The translations under genes were made by a program, and so were the position numbers. This document shows positions 9,701 through 19,056 of a DNA stretch of 64,000 bases, one piece after another (the first letter of the stretch is position 1; every line of letters begins with the position of its first letter). The stretch lies in the NCBI GenBank assembly GCA_963667845.2, contig CAXXVL010000002.1:320001-384000 (forward strand). The letters are read 5' to 3'. Below the pieces are notes generated by a model, which saw only the letters and a list, made by a program, of their open reading frames with translations, was not told where the DNA came from and searched no databases. Source of the DNA: Smithellaceae bacterium (lineage in GTDB: Bacteria > Desulfobacterota > Syntrophia > Syntrophales > Smithellaceae).

Positions 9701-9774
9701 GCAGATGCCGCAACCAGAATCAGAAGAAAAATAATAATGACGCCACTGATACTACCTAAACGGTTTCTGCCCAT
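6763..9774 (-). CDS. Exported PDZ-thioredoxin-WD40-caspase (peptidase C14) multidomain protein
   Basis: Signal peptide; LRPGDVILKVD (PDZ); WCVPC (thioredoxin); ASGSSDGTVRFWD (WD40); ASHG and DTCHAG caspase His/Cys dyad. Confidence 0.88.
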   Translation of the reverse strand: MGRNRLGSISGVIIIFLLILVAASAGAAERASLGVMVKAVTAEYAQFIGMETPEGAYVVSASAAGELRPGDVILKVDDRTIKMPANLQEVMRLYQSGDQIKLLIARGKDRREISYTLKSAPVARGPVRPGQPSRGSNILGDFPTVESSRFDEEVLKSDQPVLAYFYANWCVPCKMYLPIMREASQKYPDVKIVGIDIDKSADIVNRYGVSGILPTVILFNGGREVDKVSRPSRKEHIDELLAKTRSDSNEIEVFASIGKGNWIVQVAFIQGSPLMAARDASQTIAVWNYQQGSLARTYRAAVSGLSPNGAYAALADPKRTVISIVDIVRQQQKSFRTKQFIEKLAVSPLGHTVASFGADQSSRFSVDVWSSDNGLIKSIPVDSATRPQSVMFVFSPDGAHFALSTLNKLELFSTEDWVRKTIVPMKGTAAVLQFTSDSKAVLIPGKDGGLIDLQGNKQRGSDGRVVVGRPDDRLVIADNGDNSFRLISNASDGKGLRFAGHRAPINAGAVTNMVPWLASGSSDGTVRFWDTAAGREVGQFVAFGNGEWIVITKEGYYNSSARGHEYLNIRRGSKVYGIDQFYDVFYRPDIVLAKLKGEDITGLVTLTVEEAINNPPPTVRFSAVPAETGDSRMKVCYQISSTGGGIGEVRLFQNGKLVKSDGFYREVAAKSEAASLTLASVNSRALYQDMRSLSIKEKLSPGAHVLRAKGASVDECVELETISGENEIGLTAFNAPNTVQSVMATANFTSTRAPAAPHLYILAIGIDRYRDASINLKYAAKDARDFTTGLAQKAKTIYPPSNIHLTTLVNEQAGKQNILAAIAKLAAIVKHGDSFVFFDASHGLLLQSQYYIVTAGFAGPLDTEKILISSNEIVEMSKKIKALSQLFIFDTCHAGGVDNIVSGLYDARMSVLAKKMGLHIYASAGSVQTALDGYQGNGLYTHTLLAGLKNSTAVDKDKSGSVTVKSLGVYSREMTTEISSKLGHPQTPVIINFGKDSSLFMVR

Positions 9775-9826
9775 GTTTTGATTTCCTTCTCTAAATTTCC
9801 GGCGGTCTCTCTAATTTTCCGGGATG

Positions 9827-10297
9827 CTACTTGGCACTTTCTCCTTTGTCCTTTTTACGGGGCATCACAACCTTGCCGTCATCCGTAAGGACAAACACTT
9901 CCCGGGCAAATTTATCCCCCATGTTGATGGCGACCAGATATTCCACATTTCTTTTTAAAGGAACCGGCCCGGCGACCTGAGGAAACTCGCTTAAGGCCTG
10001 CCCGTATTTTATCTGTTTCAGACTCGGATATTTTCTTTCTTTTACTTTAGTTGCCAGATCATGGCCTGTCGCCCACAGCGTTTCTCCCCGCGAATTTCCC
10101 TTTCCCGGATTGAAAACCGTCACCTGGATGCCGCTGATTTCCTGCTCGTCTTCCAGCACAAAAGTCACATCATTGCCGATCATGATTACATCAACGGGAA
10201 CCGGCTTCAGACAGGCCCAAAGGCAGACACCCAAAAGGACCGCGAGAATTATTCCTGCAAAATTCTTTACTGATTTCATCTTAACTTTCCTCTTCAT
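9827..10297 (-). CDS. Hypothetical exported protein or lipoprotein
   Basis: Signal-like N-terminus ending LWAC; same orientation as neighbours. Confidence 0.65.
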   Translation of the reverse strand: MKRKVKMKSVKNFAGIILAVLLGVCLWACLKPVPVDVIMIGNDVTFVLEDEQEISGIQVTVFNPGKGNSRGETLWATGHDLATKVKERKYPSLKQIKYGQALSEFPQVAGPVPLKRNVEYLVAINMGDKFAREVFVLTDDGKVVMPRKKDKGESAK

Positions 10298-10440
10298 AGA
10301 ACAAGGGTCTTGCCGCCCGAAGGTGTGGTTGCAACCCCTTGTTCTCCCCTTGTTCTCCCCTTCTTCTTACTGCAAGCCATGAGCTATAAGCTGCAATCCA
10401 AAAACCATCCACTATCCACCATCAACCATCAACTACTTAA
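10298..10440. repeat. Hairpin followed by short tandem (11-mer and heptamer) repeats
   Basis: AGAACAAGGG...CCCTTGTTCT inverted repeat; CCCCTTGTTCT x2-3; heptamers ACCATCC/ACTATCC/ACCATCA/ACCATCA. Confidence 0.6.
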
Positions 10441-10540
10441 CTTCTCCAATGGAAAAGCCTGGCCGCTTAATCCCTCGGACAGTAGCCAGATTAACAGACC
10501 GTGAATATTTCCACGAAATGGTTATACTGACACATCATAC

Positions 10541-11362
10541 CTAGTCATTGAACCCTGTTTTTGCGCCTGTAATGATACGGCCGTCATGCGCAACGGTGCA
10601 GTGATTCCGGCCCATGCCCCGTTTCGGCACGATCAGAATCTGTTTTGCACTCTGGATGATTTTGTAGTCCGTTTCGGGCAAAGCAGCTAAATACGTTTCC
10701 AGGGGCGTTCCCGGTGTCGCACGCCGGCAGGCATCGGCAGCCATTTGACGGGCCTGACTCAGATCATAGATAAAGTAGCCTGCCGACAAACCGACGAGGA
10801 GTATGATTCCATAAATGACGTTGCGAAAAACAGGTCGGATCTTTCGGTGAGCTGTCTTTTCACCAGTCTGCGGCCAGAGGATTTCCCGGGCCGTCCGGCG
10901 CAGAAGATAGTATAGACCCATCACACCCAGGATAAACAGCAGCGGCGCGCCTTTTTCGTCTTCAAAAAGCGGCGCAAACGGTAAAATAAAAAAGGAAAGA
11001 AAAATCAGGATGGCCGGGTAGCGAGCCCAGCGCGCATAACGGATTAGTCCGGAACCGGTTACCGACGCGGCAAACGCATAAAGGACGGCGAAAGCGACAG
11101 CGCTGATGCCGCCTTCGGCAATTGACCGGATATTGATCAAAACGGGAACGCAGATGAAGAGCAGGAGATAACCGATGATCCTGATGGAAACATAGGCGCT
11201 TTGTTCGTCTTTGAGCCGTTTCTTTTCTTCCTTGGTCACCCAGCGCTTTTGAAAGAGCAGCAGGTTTTTCTCGCGAGCTTCTTCTTTCGTTAATCCGTCA
11301 AGAGGTACGCCCCAATCGGTGTTAATAAGCAAATCTACGCGTCCGGGCTGATAGTGTTTCAT
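10541..11362 (-). CDS. Hypothetical integral membrane protein
   Basis: 273-aa ORF with about five hydrophobic segments. Confidence 0.7.
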   Translation of the reverse strand: MKHYQPGRVDLLINTDWGVPLDGLTKEEAREKNLLLFQKRWVTKEEKKRLKDEQSAYVSIRIIGYLLLFICVPVLINIRSIAEGGISAVAFAVLYAFAASVTGSGLIRYARWARYPAILIFLSFFILPFAPLFEDEKGAPLLFILGVMGLYYLLRRTAREILWPQTGEKTAHRKIRPVFRNVIYGIILLVGLSAGYFIYDLSQARQMAADACRRATPGTPLETYLAALPETDYKIIQSAKQILIVPKRGMGRNHCTVAHDGRIITGAKTGFND

Positions 11363-11398
11363 TAAGATTCTTCGCCTCTGTCTTAAGTGTTCATCTTT

Positions 11399-11920
11399 CT
11401 ATTTCCGCATCTCATGCGTGCAAAAATCCCGGATTAAAACGGACTGCGGCACATTCCTGTTTTGATAATTCCGATATCTTTTCTTATAGTACGGATCATC
11501 CTGGCTGCTCGTAACAACAAATAAAATAAGGAGCACCGCAAGCAGCAGAAAAATCACCAGCGCATTCGCCTTGAGCCGGAAGAAGGCGCTAAGCGGTCCC
11601 GACAGACCCCCTTTCTGTTCCTGCCCTTCTCGCTGAATATGGTACAGCACTCCCAGGACCGCTAACGGTCCAAGCAACGGAATAACGGCAGCCGCGGTGG
11701 CCGCATAAAATCTCCAGTTAATCAGCGGACGGCGGCCTCTGTCTCTTAATTCCACATAGGCGCCGGTCATCAGGGCCAGACAGGCAAAAGAGAAGACGAT
11801 GCCGAAAAAATGTTCGCTTCCGGACGCGGACAGCATCGCAACCAGCAGGGCGGCAACATGACTGATGAGTCCGGCAAAAAGTGCATTTCTACCGAGGGAT
11901 GTATACGCAATTTCCGGCAT
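11399..11920 (-). CDS. Hypothetical membrane protein
   Basis: 173-aa ORF with four hydrophobic segments. Confidence 0.7.
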   Translation of the reverse strand: MPEIAYTSLGRNALFAGLISHVAALLVAMLSASGSEHFFGIVFSFACLALMTGAYVELRDRGRRPLINWRFYAATAAAVIPLLGPLAVLGVLYHIQREGQEQKGGLSGPLSAFFRLKANALVIFLLLAVLLILFVVTSSQDDPYYKKRYRNYQNRNVPQSVLIRDFCTHEMRK

Positions 11921-11924
11921 AAAA

Positions 11925-14240
11925 TTATCTTCTGCTGGGAGAGGTTGAACCGGCCTCTTTCAGGATCATTTGTACACCGTGCGGTTTTTCAAAAACTTTC
12001 ATACGATACTGTCCCCCGGCACGGAAAGGCCCGGAAAGGCGCAACATCACATCATGCAGCGAGTATTCGACAACCAGTTGATTGCCGCGCACGACAGGTT
12101 CGCCCAATCCGATGGAATAGAGCCACTGTGCGGAATGGCCCAGAAAAATGCAGGCCACGACATATTTTTCAAAATCCATCCGCGGCGCAGGCTTTTCCAG
12201 CGCCCGCTGCCAGAGTTCAGACCACTCTTTTTGCGTCTCCACAACCTTGATGAACGGCTCTTTTTGTTTGGAACCATTTCCTTTCCATTCCATCCCCAGG
12301 TAATCACCGCCCGCGCCGGCTTTTTCCAGAATACTCACCATCGCCGGTTTGTCGCCTTCGACCGCATACGTCCAGGCCGTTTTACCTTCTTTATCTCTCA
12401 GAGACAAGGATGACGCGCCTCCTTTTTCAACCAATATCCGGACGATATCCGCATTGAAGTTCTTTACTGCCAGAATCAATGCCGTTTCGCCCTTCTTGTT
12501 GACCGCATTCGCATCTGCACCGTGGTCAAGGAGATACTGCGTGATGGCGACATTGGATTGATTGAAAGACTTGACCGCTTTCATCAACGCCGTTTCCCCT
12601 TCATCATCCTGCATCTTGACATCGGCACCTTTGGCGATCAGGAATTTCACCAGGGGTAAATCTTTATCGACGGCGAGCATCAAAAGCGTGCCGCCGCCAA
12701 AGCCGCGCATATTCGCATCCGTATCTTTGGTCAGCAGAAGCCTGACAATCTCCAGATCGCCGCTGATGACGGCTGAAAAGAGCGCATCGGGCCTGTCGAA
12801 ATATCCGCTGTTGTTTACCAGTATTTTGACAACCGGAAGATAATGGCCGGCGATCGCTTTGCTGAGCGCCGTATCCCCGTATTTTGATTTTCGATTGATA
12901 TCCGCTCCGGCTTTCAAAAGTGCTTCCACTAAATCGGCATTGCCCTTTTCACAGACCATCATCAGGGCCGTCATCTGGTTGGGATCTGCCGCATTGACAT
13001 CGGCTTTGTGGCTGATCAATGATTTGGCAATATCGTTATTGCCGTCGGTTACGGCTATCATCAGCACCGATTTTCCGTCATCATATTTATCAGTGACCCG
13101 CGCACCGGATGAGAGCAGGACATTGACCACTTCCGTCTTCTTGCCCACCACCGCATAAATCAAAGCGTCGCCGTGCGATAAATTTTTAACATTGATATCG
13201 GCTTTTTTTCTCAAAAGCTCCTTGACGACGCTCACATGGCCCTTGGTGGAAGCATAGATGAGCGCGGTGTTGTTCACGCCGTTCTTGGCGTTCACGTCGG
13301 CCCCGGAAGAAAGCAGGATCCGGACAATCGCAAGTTGATTGCGGTCCGCCGCATACATGAGCGGCGTACTGCCCGTCTCGGTCCGAAGATTCACGTTTAC
13401 GCCTTTCGCGATCAACGCTTTGACGGCCTCAGGACGGCCTTCCTTGATGGCAATAAACAAAGGATCCACTGCCGGATCAACGGGCTTTGCCGATCCGGCG
13501 GCGGTTGAACTTTCCAGCAATTGAGTAATGTATTCCAACTTCGCCTTTTTGGCCAGTGACAGCGCCGTATCCCCTTCCTTGTTTTTCAAGTCCTTTCTTG
13601 CGCCTTTGGCCAGCAGGGCCTCTACCAGAGCGGCATCCCCCTGCAGCACGGCATACATGAGCGGAGTCCGGCCCGTTTTCAGCCAGGACTCATCCTGAAC
13701 ATTCACGTCCGCGCCGTTTTCCAAAAGGACATAAATCGTTTTTGTTTTATCCCCGGGAGGTCCGGCAGGCAAATTCCCCCAGGCGCTCGCCAGAAGCAGC
13801 GGCGTCAGCCCATTTCCCCGCGCATTGACATCGGCCCCCTTTTCCAGCAGGAATTTCACAACATCCACATGTCCCTGACCGGCGGCTTCGATTAAAGCTG
13901 TTCTCTCGCCTCTCTCTTTGCCGATGTCAATCGTCGCGCCGTGTTCGACAAGCAGCTTGACGATTTCCAGGTTTCCATTGCGGGCGGCCCTCACGAGCGG
14001 CAGATCTCCGGTCACGCCCCTCTGATTGATTTCATATTTACCGCCGCCCGTTTTCAGAGCCTCCCTGACGGCCGGAAGATCATTTTTTTTGACCGCTTCC
14101 AGAAGAGGACGGTCGGGAGGCGGCATGCGGCTGTCGGCAAAGCTGCCGGCCGGCAATAAAACAATCATAAGAAGATATATTATGGTTCTCAAAATGCGCT
14201 GTCCGACGTTCATGTTTTTATCTCCATTAATTTTATTCAT
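11925..14240 (-). CDS. Exported ankyrin repeat protein with C-terminal PrcB-like domain
   Basis: Many GxTPL/TAL..A...G...V..LL..GADVN repeats; tail WSELW...PRMDFEKYVVACIFLG...YSI resembles PrcB C-terminal domain. Confidence 0.88.
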   Translation of the reverse strand: MNKINGDKNMNVGQRILRTIIYLLMIVLLPAGSFADSRMPPPDRPLLEAVKKNDLPAVREALKTGGGKYEINQRGVTGDLPLVRAARNGNLEIVKLLVEHGATIDIGKERGERTALIEAAGQGHVDVVKFLLEKGADVNARGNGLTPLLLASAWGNLPAGPPGDKTKTIYVLLENGADVNVQDESWLKTGRTPLMYAVLQGDAALVEALLAKGARKDLKNKEGDTALSLAKKAKLEYITQLLESSTAAGSAKPVDPAVDPLFIAIKEGRPEAVKALIAKGVNVNLRTETGSTPLMYAADRNQLAIVRILLSSGADVNAKNGVNNTALIYASTKGHVSVVKELLRKKADINVKNLSHGDALIYAVVGKKTEVVNVLLSSGARVTDKYDDGKSVLMIAVTDGNNDIAKSLISHKADVNAADPNQMTALMMVCEKGNADLVEALLKAGADINRKSKYGDTALSKAIAGHYLPVVKILVNNSGYFDRPDALFSAVISGDLEIVRLLLTKDTDANMRGFGGGTLLMLAVDKDLPLVKFLIAKGADVKMQDDEGETALMKAVKSFNQSNVAITQYLLDHGADANAVNKKGETALILAVKNFNADIVRILVEKGGASSLSLRDKEGKTAWTYAVEGDKPAMVSILEKAGAGGDYLGMEWKGNGSKQKEPFIKVVETQKEWSELWQRALEKPAPRMDFEKYVVACIFLGHSAQWLYSIGLGEPVVRGNQLVVEYSLHDVMLRLSGPFRAGGQYRMKVFEKPHGVQMILKEAGSTSPSRR

Positions 14241-14536
14241 TTAGTTCGTCACTGAAAAACATCAGGACCGCCGGCCGGCGACACCCGCTGACAACGAAGA
14301 GCTGAAACCGATTTTTCAGAACGCTGCGGATGCGGATTTAACCGCCTCTTTTCCGTTCCACCGATCGCAGATTGAGTATAGAAATATGATTGAGGTAAGT
14401 CAACAACATTCAATCGCGGAGCATTATTGAATAATCAATGGTAGTTGTCAACAGGGTCTCAGCAAAGACTCGATCCGGAAAATAGAGAACGGGCCAACGA
14501 GTTTTCAGGATGCAGAAAATGATGGCTCGGGGAAGA

Positions 14537-15046
14537 TCAGAGTTCCCCATCGGCGGGGAGGTCGTAGCTCATACCGCCCAACAATGCCCAGCGGTCCCCC
14601 TCTTTTGCCCACGTATGGGTGATGCGCGACGATAATGTTTTCGGCGCGCCGGGCGTGTTGACGCATTGGACGCGAAGGGTGTATTGCGTCAGGACTATAT
14701 CCTTCAGAATACGGATACCCGCCCGTTCGATCCTCAGGCTGCAGGATGAAGGCCGGGCAATGAGTTGTTTCATGAAACGGGCGCTTTCTTCCTTGCCCAG
14801 TGGTTGTGGCACAGAGCCGGGCCAACCCAGAAATGCGCAATGCACCAAGGCCAGCACTGCTTCGTAATTTGCCTGATAGAGATTGGTGAAGTAGGCCTCC
14901 TCCAGTGTCCAGATTTCGTCTTGTGTCGTTATATTCTCGCCGGTTGTATCCATTGAAGTCGCATACGACTGCAAGGGCAAGACCATCATCAACGCCAAAA
15001 TAACCGTCGACAACAGGGCTTTGTTTTTCATTGCCAAACACCTCAC
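14537..15046 (-). CDS. Exported NTF2-like (DUF4440-type) protein
   Basis: Signal peptide; RITHTWAKEGDRWALLGG ending. Confidence 0.7.
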   Translation of the reverse strand: MRCLAMKNKALLSTVILALMMVLPLQSYATSMDTTGENITTQDEIWTLEEAYFTNLYQANYEAVLALVHCAFLGWPGSVPQPLGKEESARFMKQLIARPSSCSLRIERAGIRILKDIVLTQYTLRVQCVNTPGAPKTLSSRITHTWAKEGDRWALLGGMSYDLPADGEL

Positions 15047-15062
15047 ATCCTTTTCAACGATT

Positions 15063-16559
15063 TCAGACCGTTGATGCTTTTCTTTTTCCTACTCTATCCC
15101 GCATTTTATAATACTGCAGTACCGCCGCCATGGCTCGCGCAGCGCGTTCAGGATCCTGGTAAATGGGAATGCCCCGGTCAAGCAGGTAGCGGACCATGCC
15201 CTCCTGAAGACTGCGGTAGGTGAAGCCGACAATCAGTTTGTCCGGGTGACGCTGGACGAGACTTAAAAAAGCTTTTGCATGATCGGTAATCATCTTATCG
15301 CGTTCGACCGGAATCGTTTCTTCAGGAACCCCCATTTCTTTCAGAATGCGCTCCATAAACATTCCCGGAGACAGCAAATAGGCCAGAAGCATGTCCGCGT
15401 TCTTCTCCTCGAGCAGAATATCGGGAATATTAAAAAAGTTCTCCGCTGAATTTAAGCTGTAAGTCAAATCGAGAGGATTCGCCGTACTGGCTGTTTTGGG
15501 AATCATCGGTTTGAGCTTTTCCACCGTTTCCACGGAGAGCCGGGGCAGCGTGAGTCCGGCCCGCCCGCAGGCGTCGGCCGCCGTGGCCCCCGGACCACCG
15601 GAATGCGTCTGGATAATCACCCTATTCCCGCCGGGCCGCGGGAGCGTCCCCAGCGCCAGCGCGTAATCAAAAAGTTCCGCAAGCGTCTGCGCCCGGATAA
15701 TGCCGCATTGCTTGAATACGCCGTCGTAAATTTCATTGGGTCCCGAAAGCGACCCTGTGTGTGAAAGACCCGCATGCCGGCCCGCTTCGGACCCGCCGAC
15801 ATAGAGCGCTATGATCGGTTTATGCGGCGTAATAGCCTGCGCTGCTTCGATAAATTTTCTGCCGCGGGTAATCCCTTCAACGTAGAGCGTAATCACTTTT
15901 GTGTGGGGACAGGCGCCCAGATATTCCAGACAGTCGACGATATCGATATTGGCCTCGTTCCCCACGCTCACCGCCGCGCTGAATCCCATCCCGTGACGGT
16001 GCAGATAATCAAACATCTGGGTCACGAAACTGCCGCTCTGCGAGGCCAGACCGACAAAGCCGGGAGCACCTTCAGCGGTGATCGTCGTCGGATTGAGCTT
16101 GAGATGCGGGTTCGCGATCCCCAGACAGTTCGGGCCGAGAAAGCGGATGCCGAATCGATCGGCCACGGCTTCCAGTTCTCTTTGCAGTGCGACGCCTTCC
16201 GGACCCGCTTCCCGAAATCCGCCGGAAACAACGATGGCATGACGGATCCCTTTCTTTCCGCAGTCGGCCAGAGTCTGACAGACGATCTCGGTCGGCAGGA
16301 CGATAATGGCCAGATCGGGCACTTCGGGCACGTCCATAATGCTCTTATAGGCCTCGTGTCCGCGCACTTTTTCTTCAGTCAGATGAATCGGGAATATCTT
16401 CCCTTCATACCCCAGGGCCTGCACGGATGAAAGCATCAGGGACCCCATGCGCAGGAAGTTATTGGATGCGCCGAAAATGGCGATGCTCTTGGGATTGATA
16501 ATCGGATACAACGGGCTTTCTAAAATGGAACTGATCATTGATTCGTCTTCCTTCTGCAT
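15063..16559 (-). CDS. Acetate/acyl-CoA ligase (ADP-forming) alpha-subunit-like CoA-binding protein
   Basis: NPKSIAIFGAS, GPNCLG, SQSG, SHTGSL, SGGPG, NPLDL motifs. Confidence 0.9.
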   Translation of the reverse strand: MQKEDESMISSILESPLYPIINPKSIAIFGASNNFLRMGSLMLSSVQALGYEGKIFPIHLTEEKVRGHEAYKSIMDVPEVPDLAIIVLPTEIVCQTLADCGKKGIRHAIVVSGGFREAGPEGVALQRELEAVADRFGIRFLGPNCLGIANPHLKLNPTTITAEGAPGFVGLASQSGSFVTQMFDYLHRHGMGFSAAVSVGNEANIDIVDCLEYLGACPHTKVITLYVEGITRGRKFIEAAQAITPHKPIIALYVGGSEAGRHAGLSHTGSLSGPNEIYDGVFKQCGIIRAQTLAELFDYALALGTLPRPGGNRVIIQTHSGGPGATAADACGRAGLTLPRLSVETVEKLKPMIPKTASTANPLDLTYSLNSAENFFNIPDILLEEKNADMLLAYLLSPGMFMERILKEMGVPEETIPVERDKMITDHAKAFLSLVQRHPDKLIVGFTYRSLQEGMVRYLLDRGIPIYQDPERAARAMAAVLQYYKMRDRVGKRKASTV

Positions 16560-16781
16560 GGTTGATAGTCAGGATATGATCTCCTGCAAAGCCGCGGCAT
16601 AGCGGGCTTGGGCCTCTTTCTCCTGATCACCAGGAGAAACAGTGCTGAACTCGTTAGCAGATAACGCCCGATAATTCAAGAATGCATCCGGCGATCGGTA
16701 TTCTGTTGACAGGCCCAAGCGGCTGCTCCTCTATTCATCCGATGATAAAATGACCCTGATGAGAAGGGCGGGGGAAAGATT

Positions 16782-16877
16782 ATGATTAAGGCAAGAAATC
16801 CTATTTTCTTATTGATTGCAATGGCGTGGACAGCCGGAGCGCAGTCGGCTCATGCAGCAGAAAATGAAGCCCAATAA
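16782..16877 (+). pseudogene. Signal-peptide-only mini ORF (probable gene relic)
   Basis: MIKARNPIFLLIAMAWTAGAQSAHAAENEAQ*, stops five residues after an AHA-A cleavage-like site. Confidence 0.35.
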
Positions 16878-16947
16878 TTAATGAGAATCGATAAGTCATC
16901 ATAAAATCAAGTATACGGCTTTCTCATCCTGGGCCGGATCCACATGG

Positions 16948-17211
16948 TCAGGATTGGCGGTCTGGTTCTTTGATGTACCACTGGATTTGGCCGCATTTCG
17001 TACAGGCCAGGGTGGTTGCGGATTTGTTGGCCCAATCCAGTTCAAAGAAGGTCATCCCGGCCGTGTTGAGCTGAGCCTTTCCCTGGCTGAATTCATCTGA
17101 GCCGCAGTGCGGGCATTCGATCTTTTTACCGGCGGCGATATACTGCCCGGGGCCCGCGGAGTCAACCATCGCCTTTGCCGCGCTTTTCAGCGCTTTCCCG
17201 ATATTTGTCAT
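16948..17211 (-). CDS. Zinc-ribbon domain protein
   Basis: CPHC...LNTAGMTFFELDWANKSA...CTKCG. Confidence 0.8.
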   Translation of the reverse strand: MTNIGKALKSAAKAMVDSAGPGQYIAAGKKIECPHCGSDEFSQGKAQLNTAGMTFFELDWANKSATTLACTKCGQIQWYIKEPDRQS

Positions 17212-17282
17212 GAGTCGTCTCCTGCCGGAGAATCATTTACGGCTGAAGATACAACCTTTTCCGACGCCGTTATGTCAAACAG

Positions 17283-17315
17283 TGAAGGGGCGGGATTGTG
17301 CTGCCCGCCCCTTCA
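17283..17315 (-). terminator. Terminator-like hairpin after the FKBP gene
   Basis: TGAAGGGGCGGG...CCCGCCCCTTCA 12-bp stem. Confidence 0.65.
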
Positions 17316-17348
17316 TGAAATAATTTTAATGACGACGTTCGTTTAAAG

Positions 17349-18089
17349 CTACTTCTTCACGCCCGGCTTGGGTGAGGCAGCCGGAGGCGCGGGAGGCATT
17401 GCAGGCATGGCCGGCGCCGCAGAAGGCGCTTTTGTCTCCAGCAGTTCCACATCAAAAACCAGCGTTGCACCGCCGGGAATAACAGGCGGACGGCCTCTGT
17501 CGCCGTATGCTGTCTCGGGCGGACAAACCAGTTTGGCCTTCCCGCCGACTTTCATCATGCTGACACCTTCCGTCCAGCAGGGGAAAACCTGATTCAACGG
17601 CAATTCCACGGGCTGGCCGCGTTTAACGGAACTATCAAATTCCTTGCCGTCGATGAGCGTACCCACATAGTGGACCTTAACGACATCCGTGGGTTTGGGC
17701 TGTGCGCCCGTACCGGCTTTGATCTCCTGATAGATCATTCCCGAAGCCATCTTTTTTGCGCCTTTTTCAGCGGCTGCTTTTTCTAAAAACGGTTTGGCCA
17801 GTGCTTTTTGTTTTTCGGTAGCTTTCGCCATGCGCGCCTGAGCCAGTTCGCCCAGTTTCTGCATGCTGGTTTCCGGCTCCGCCGCCAGCTTCTTGCCGGC
17901 AGCGGCGTCGGCCATGCCCAGTTGCACAAGCTTCATTTCTTCAGGCGTCAGGTCGAAAACAGACAGTTGTTTATTGAGATGAACCCCCAGTGCATAAAAA
18001 GCCTTCTGGTCTTCTGTTTTAGGCGCCTCCGGTGAACAGCCCCAAACAGCGATAAGGGCGATCATAACGATGAGCATTACTTTACGCAT
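17349..18089 (-). CDS. FKBP-type peptidyl-prolyl isomerase (FkpA/Mip-like), lipoprotein
   Basis: VKVHYVGTLIDGKEFDSS...WTEG...AYG...IPGGATLVFDVELL. Confidence 0.93.
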   Translation of the reverse strand: MRKVMLIVMIALIAVWGCSPEAPKTEDQKAFYALGVHLNKQLSVFDLTPEEMKLVQLGMADAAAGKKLAAEPETSMQKLGELAQARMAKATEKQKALAKPFLEKAAAEKGAKKMASGMIYQEIKAGTGAQPKPTDVVKVHYVGTLIDGKEFDSSVKRGQPVELPLNQVFPCWTEGVSMMKVGGKAKLVCPPETAYGDRGRPPVIPGGATLVFDVELLETKAPSAAPAMPAMPPAPPAASPKPGVKK

Positions 18090-18210
18090 AAAAATCCTTT
18101 CTACTTCATTAAATTTTGACAATGATACTTACACGAATATCCGGTGAGATTCAAATGATTATTAGCAGACTTTTTGCCTGTTTTTGTTCAGATAACGGGT
18201 GGAGCAATCC

Positions 18211-18239
18211 GCAAGGGGCGGCTCTGAGCCGCCCCTTGC
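18211..18239 (-). terminator. Terminator-like hairpin after the second FKBP gene
   Basis: GCAAGGGGCGGCT-ctg-AGCCGCCCCTTGC perfect stem. Confidence 0.7.
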
Positions 18240-18266
18240 CTGATTTCAACGTATCATTATTCTTGA

Positions 18267-19001
18267 TTATTTTTTTGAGCTTTTCTTGGATGCCGGCGCT
18301 TTAGGAGCAGGCGCGGGTGCAGGCGCAGCAGGAGCGGCAGTCGGCTTCACCTCCAGCAGTTCCACATCAAAAACCAGCGTTGCGCCGCCGGGAATAATCG
18401 TTGGTCTGCCCTTGTCACCATAGGCGCTATCTGACGGACAGGTCAGCTTTGCTTTACCGCCGACTTTCATCAAGGCCACACCTTCCGTCCAGCAGGGAAT
18501 CACCTGATTAAGCGGAAACTCGGCCGGCTGACCGCGCTGTACGGAACTGTCGAACACCTTGCCGTCAATGAGCGATCCGGTGTAATGAACCTTGACGGTG
18601 TCGGTGGCTTTGGGCTGAGCGCCGCTACCGGCTTTAACCTCCTGATAAATGACGCCAGACGGCAATTTCTTGGCGCCTTTTTCCGAGGCGGCTTTCTCCA
18701 AGTAAGGTTTAGACTGTTCCTTTTCCTTCTGAGCCCCGACCTCGATTCGGGCCTGCGCCAGGCGATTGATATTGGGCATATAGGTATCGGGATCGGCGAG
18801 AAGCTTCTTGCCGGCAGCAGCATCATCCATGCCCTGTTTTACGATTGCGAATTCATCCGCCGTCAGATTGAAAACTGCCAGTTGTCTGTTCAGGTGAGCC
18901 CCTATTGCATAAAGGGTTTTCTGGTCTTCTGTTTGAATTTCAACGGCCCATGCAGGCAAAGCCAGGAGCAGAACAAAAATAATCAGCACTAATTTACGCA
19001 T
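18267..19001 (-). CDS. FKBP-type peptidyl-prolyl isomerase (tandem paralog)
   Basis: VKVHYTGSLIDGKVFDSS...IPGGATLVFDVELL. Confidence 0.93.
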   Translation of the reverse strand: MRKLVLIIFVLLLALPAWAVEIQTEDQKTLYAIGAHLNRQLAVFNLTADEFAIVKQGMDDAAAGKKLLADPDTYMPNINRLAQARIEVGAQKEKEQSKPYLEKAASEKGAKKLPSGVIYQEVKAGSGAQPKATDTVKVHYTGSLIDGKVFDSSVQRGQPAEFPLNQVIPCWTEGVALMKVGGKAKLTCPSDSAYGDKGRPTIIPGGATLVFDVELLEVKPTAAPAAPAPAPAPKAPASKKSSKK

Positions 19002-19056
19002 AACCATCCTTTCTTGTTTCATGAAATTTTAGTGATCGTTGCGGCGAACAATGAGC

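Noticed and set aside
10375..10440. CRISPR-like repeats
   Set aside because: Only 7-bp degenerate tandem units, with no spacers or cas genes
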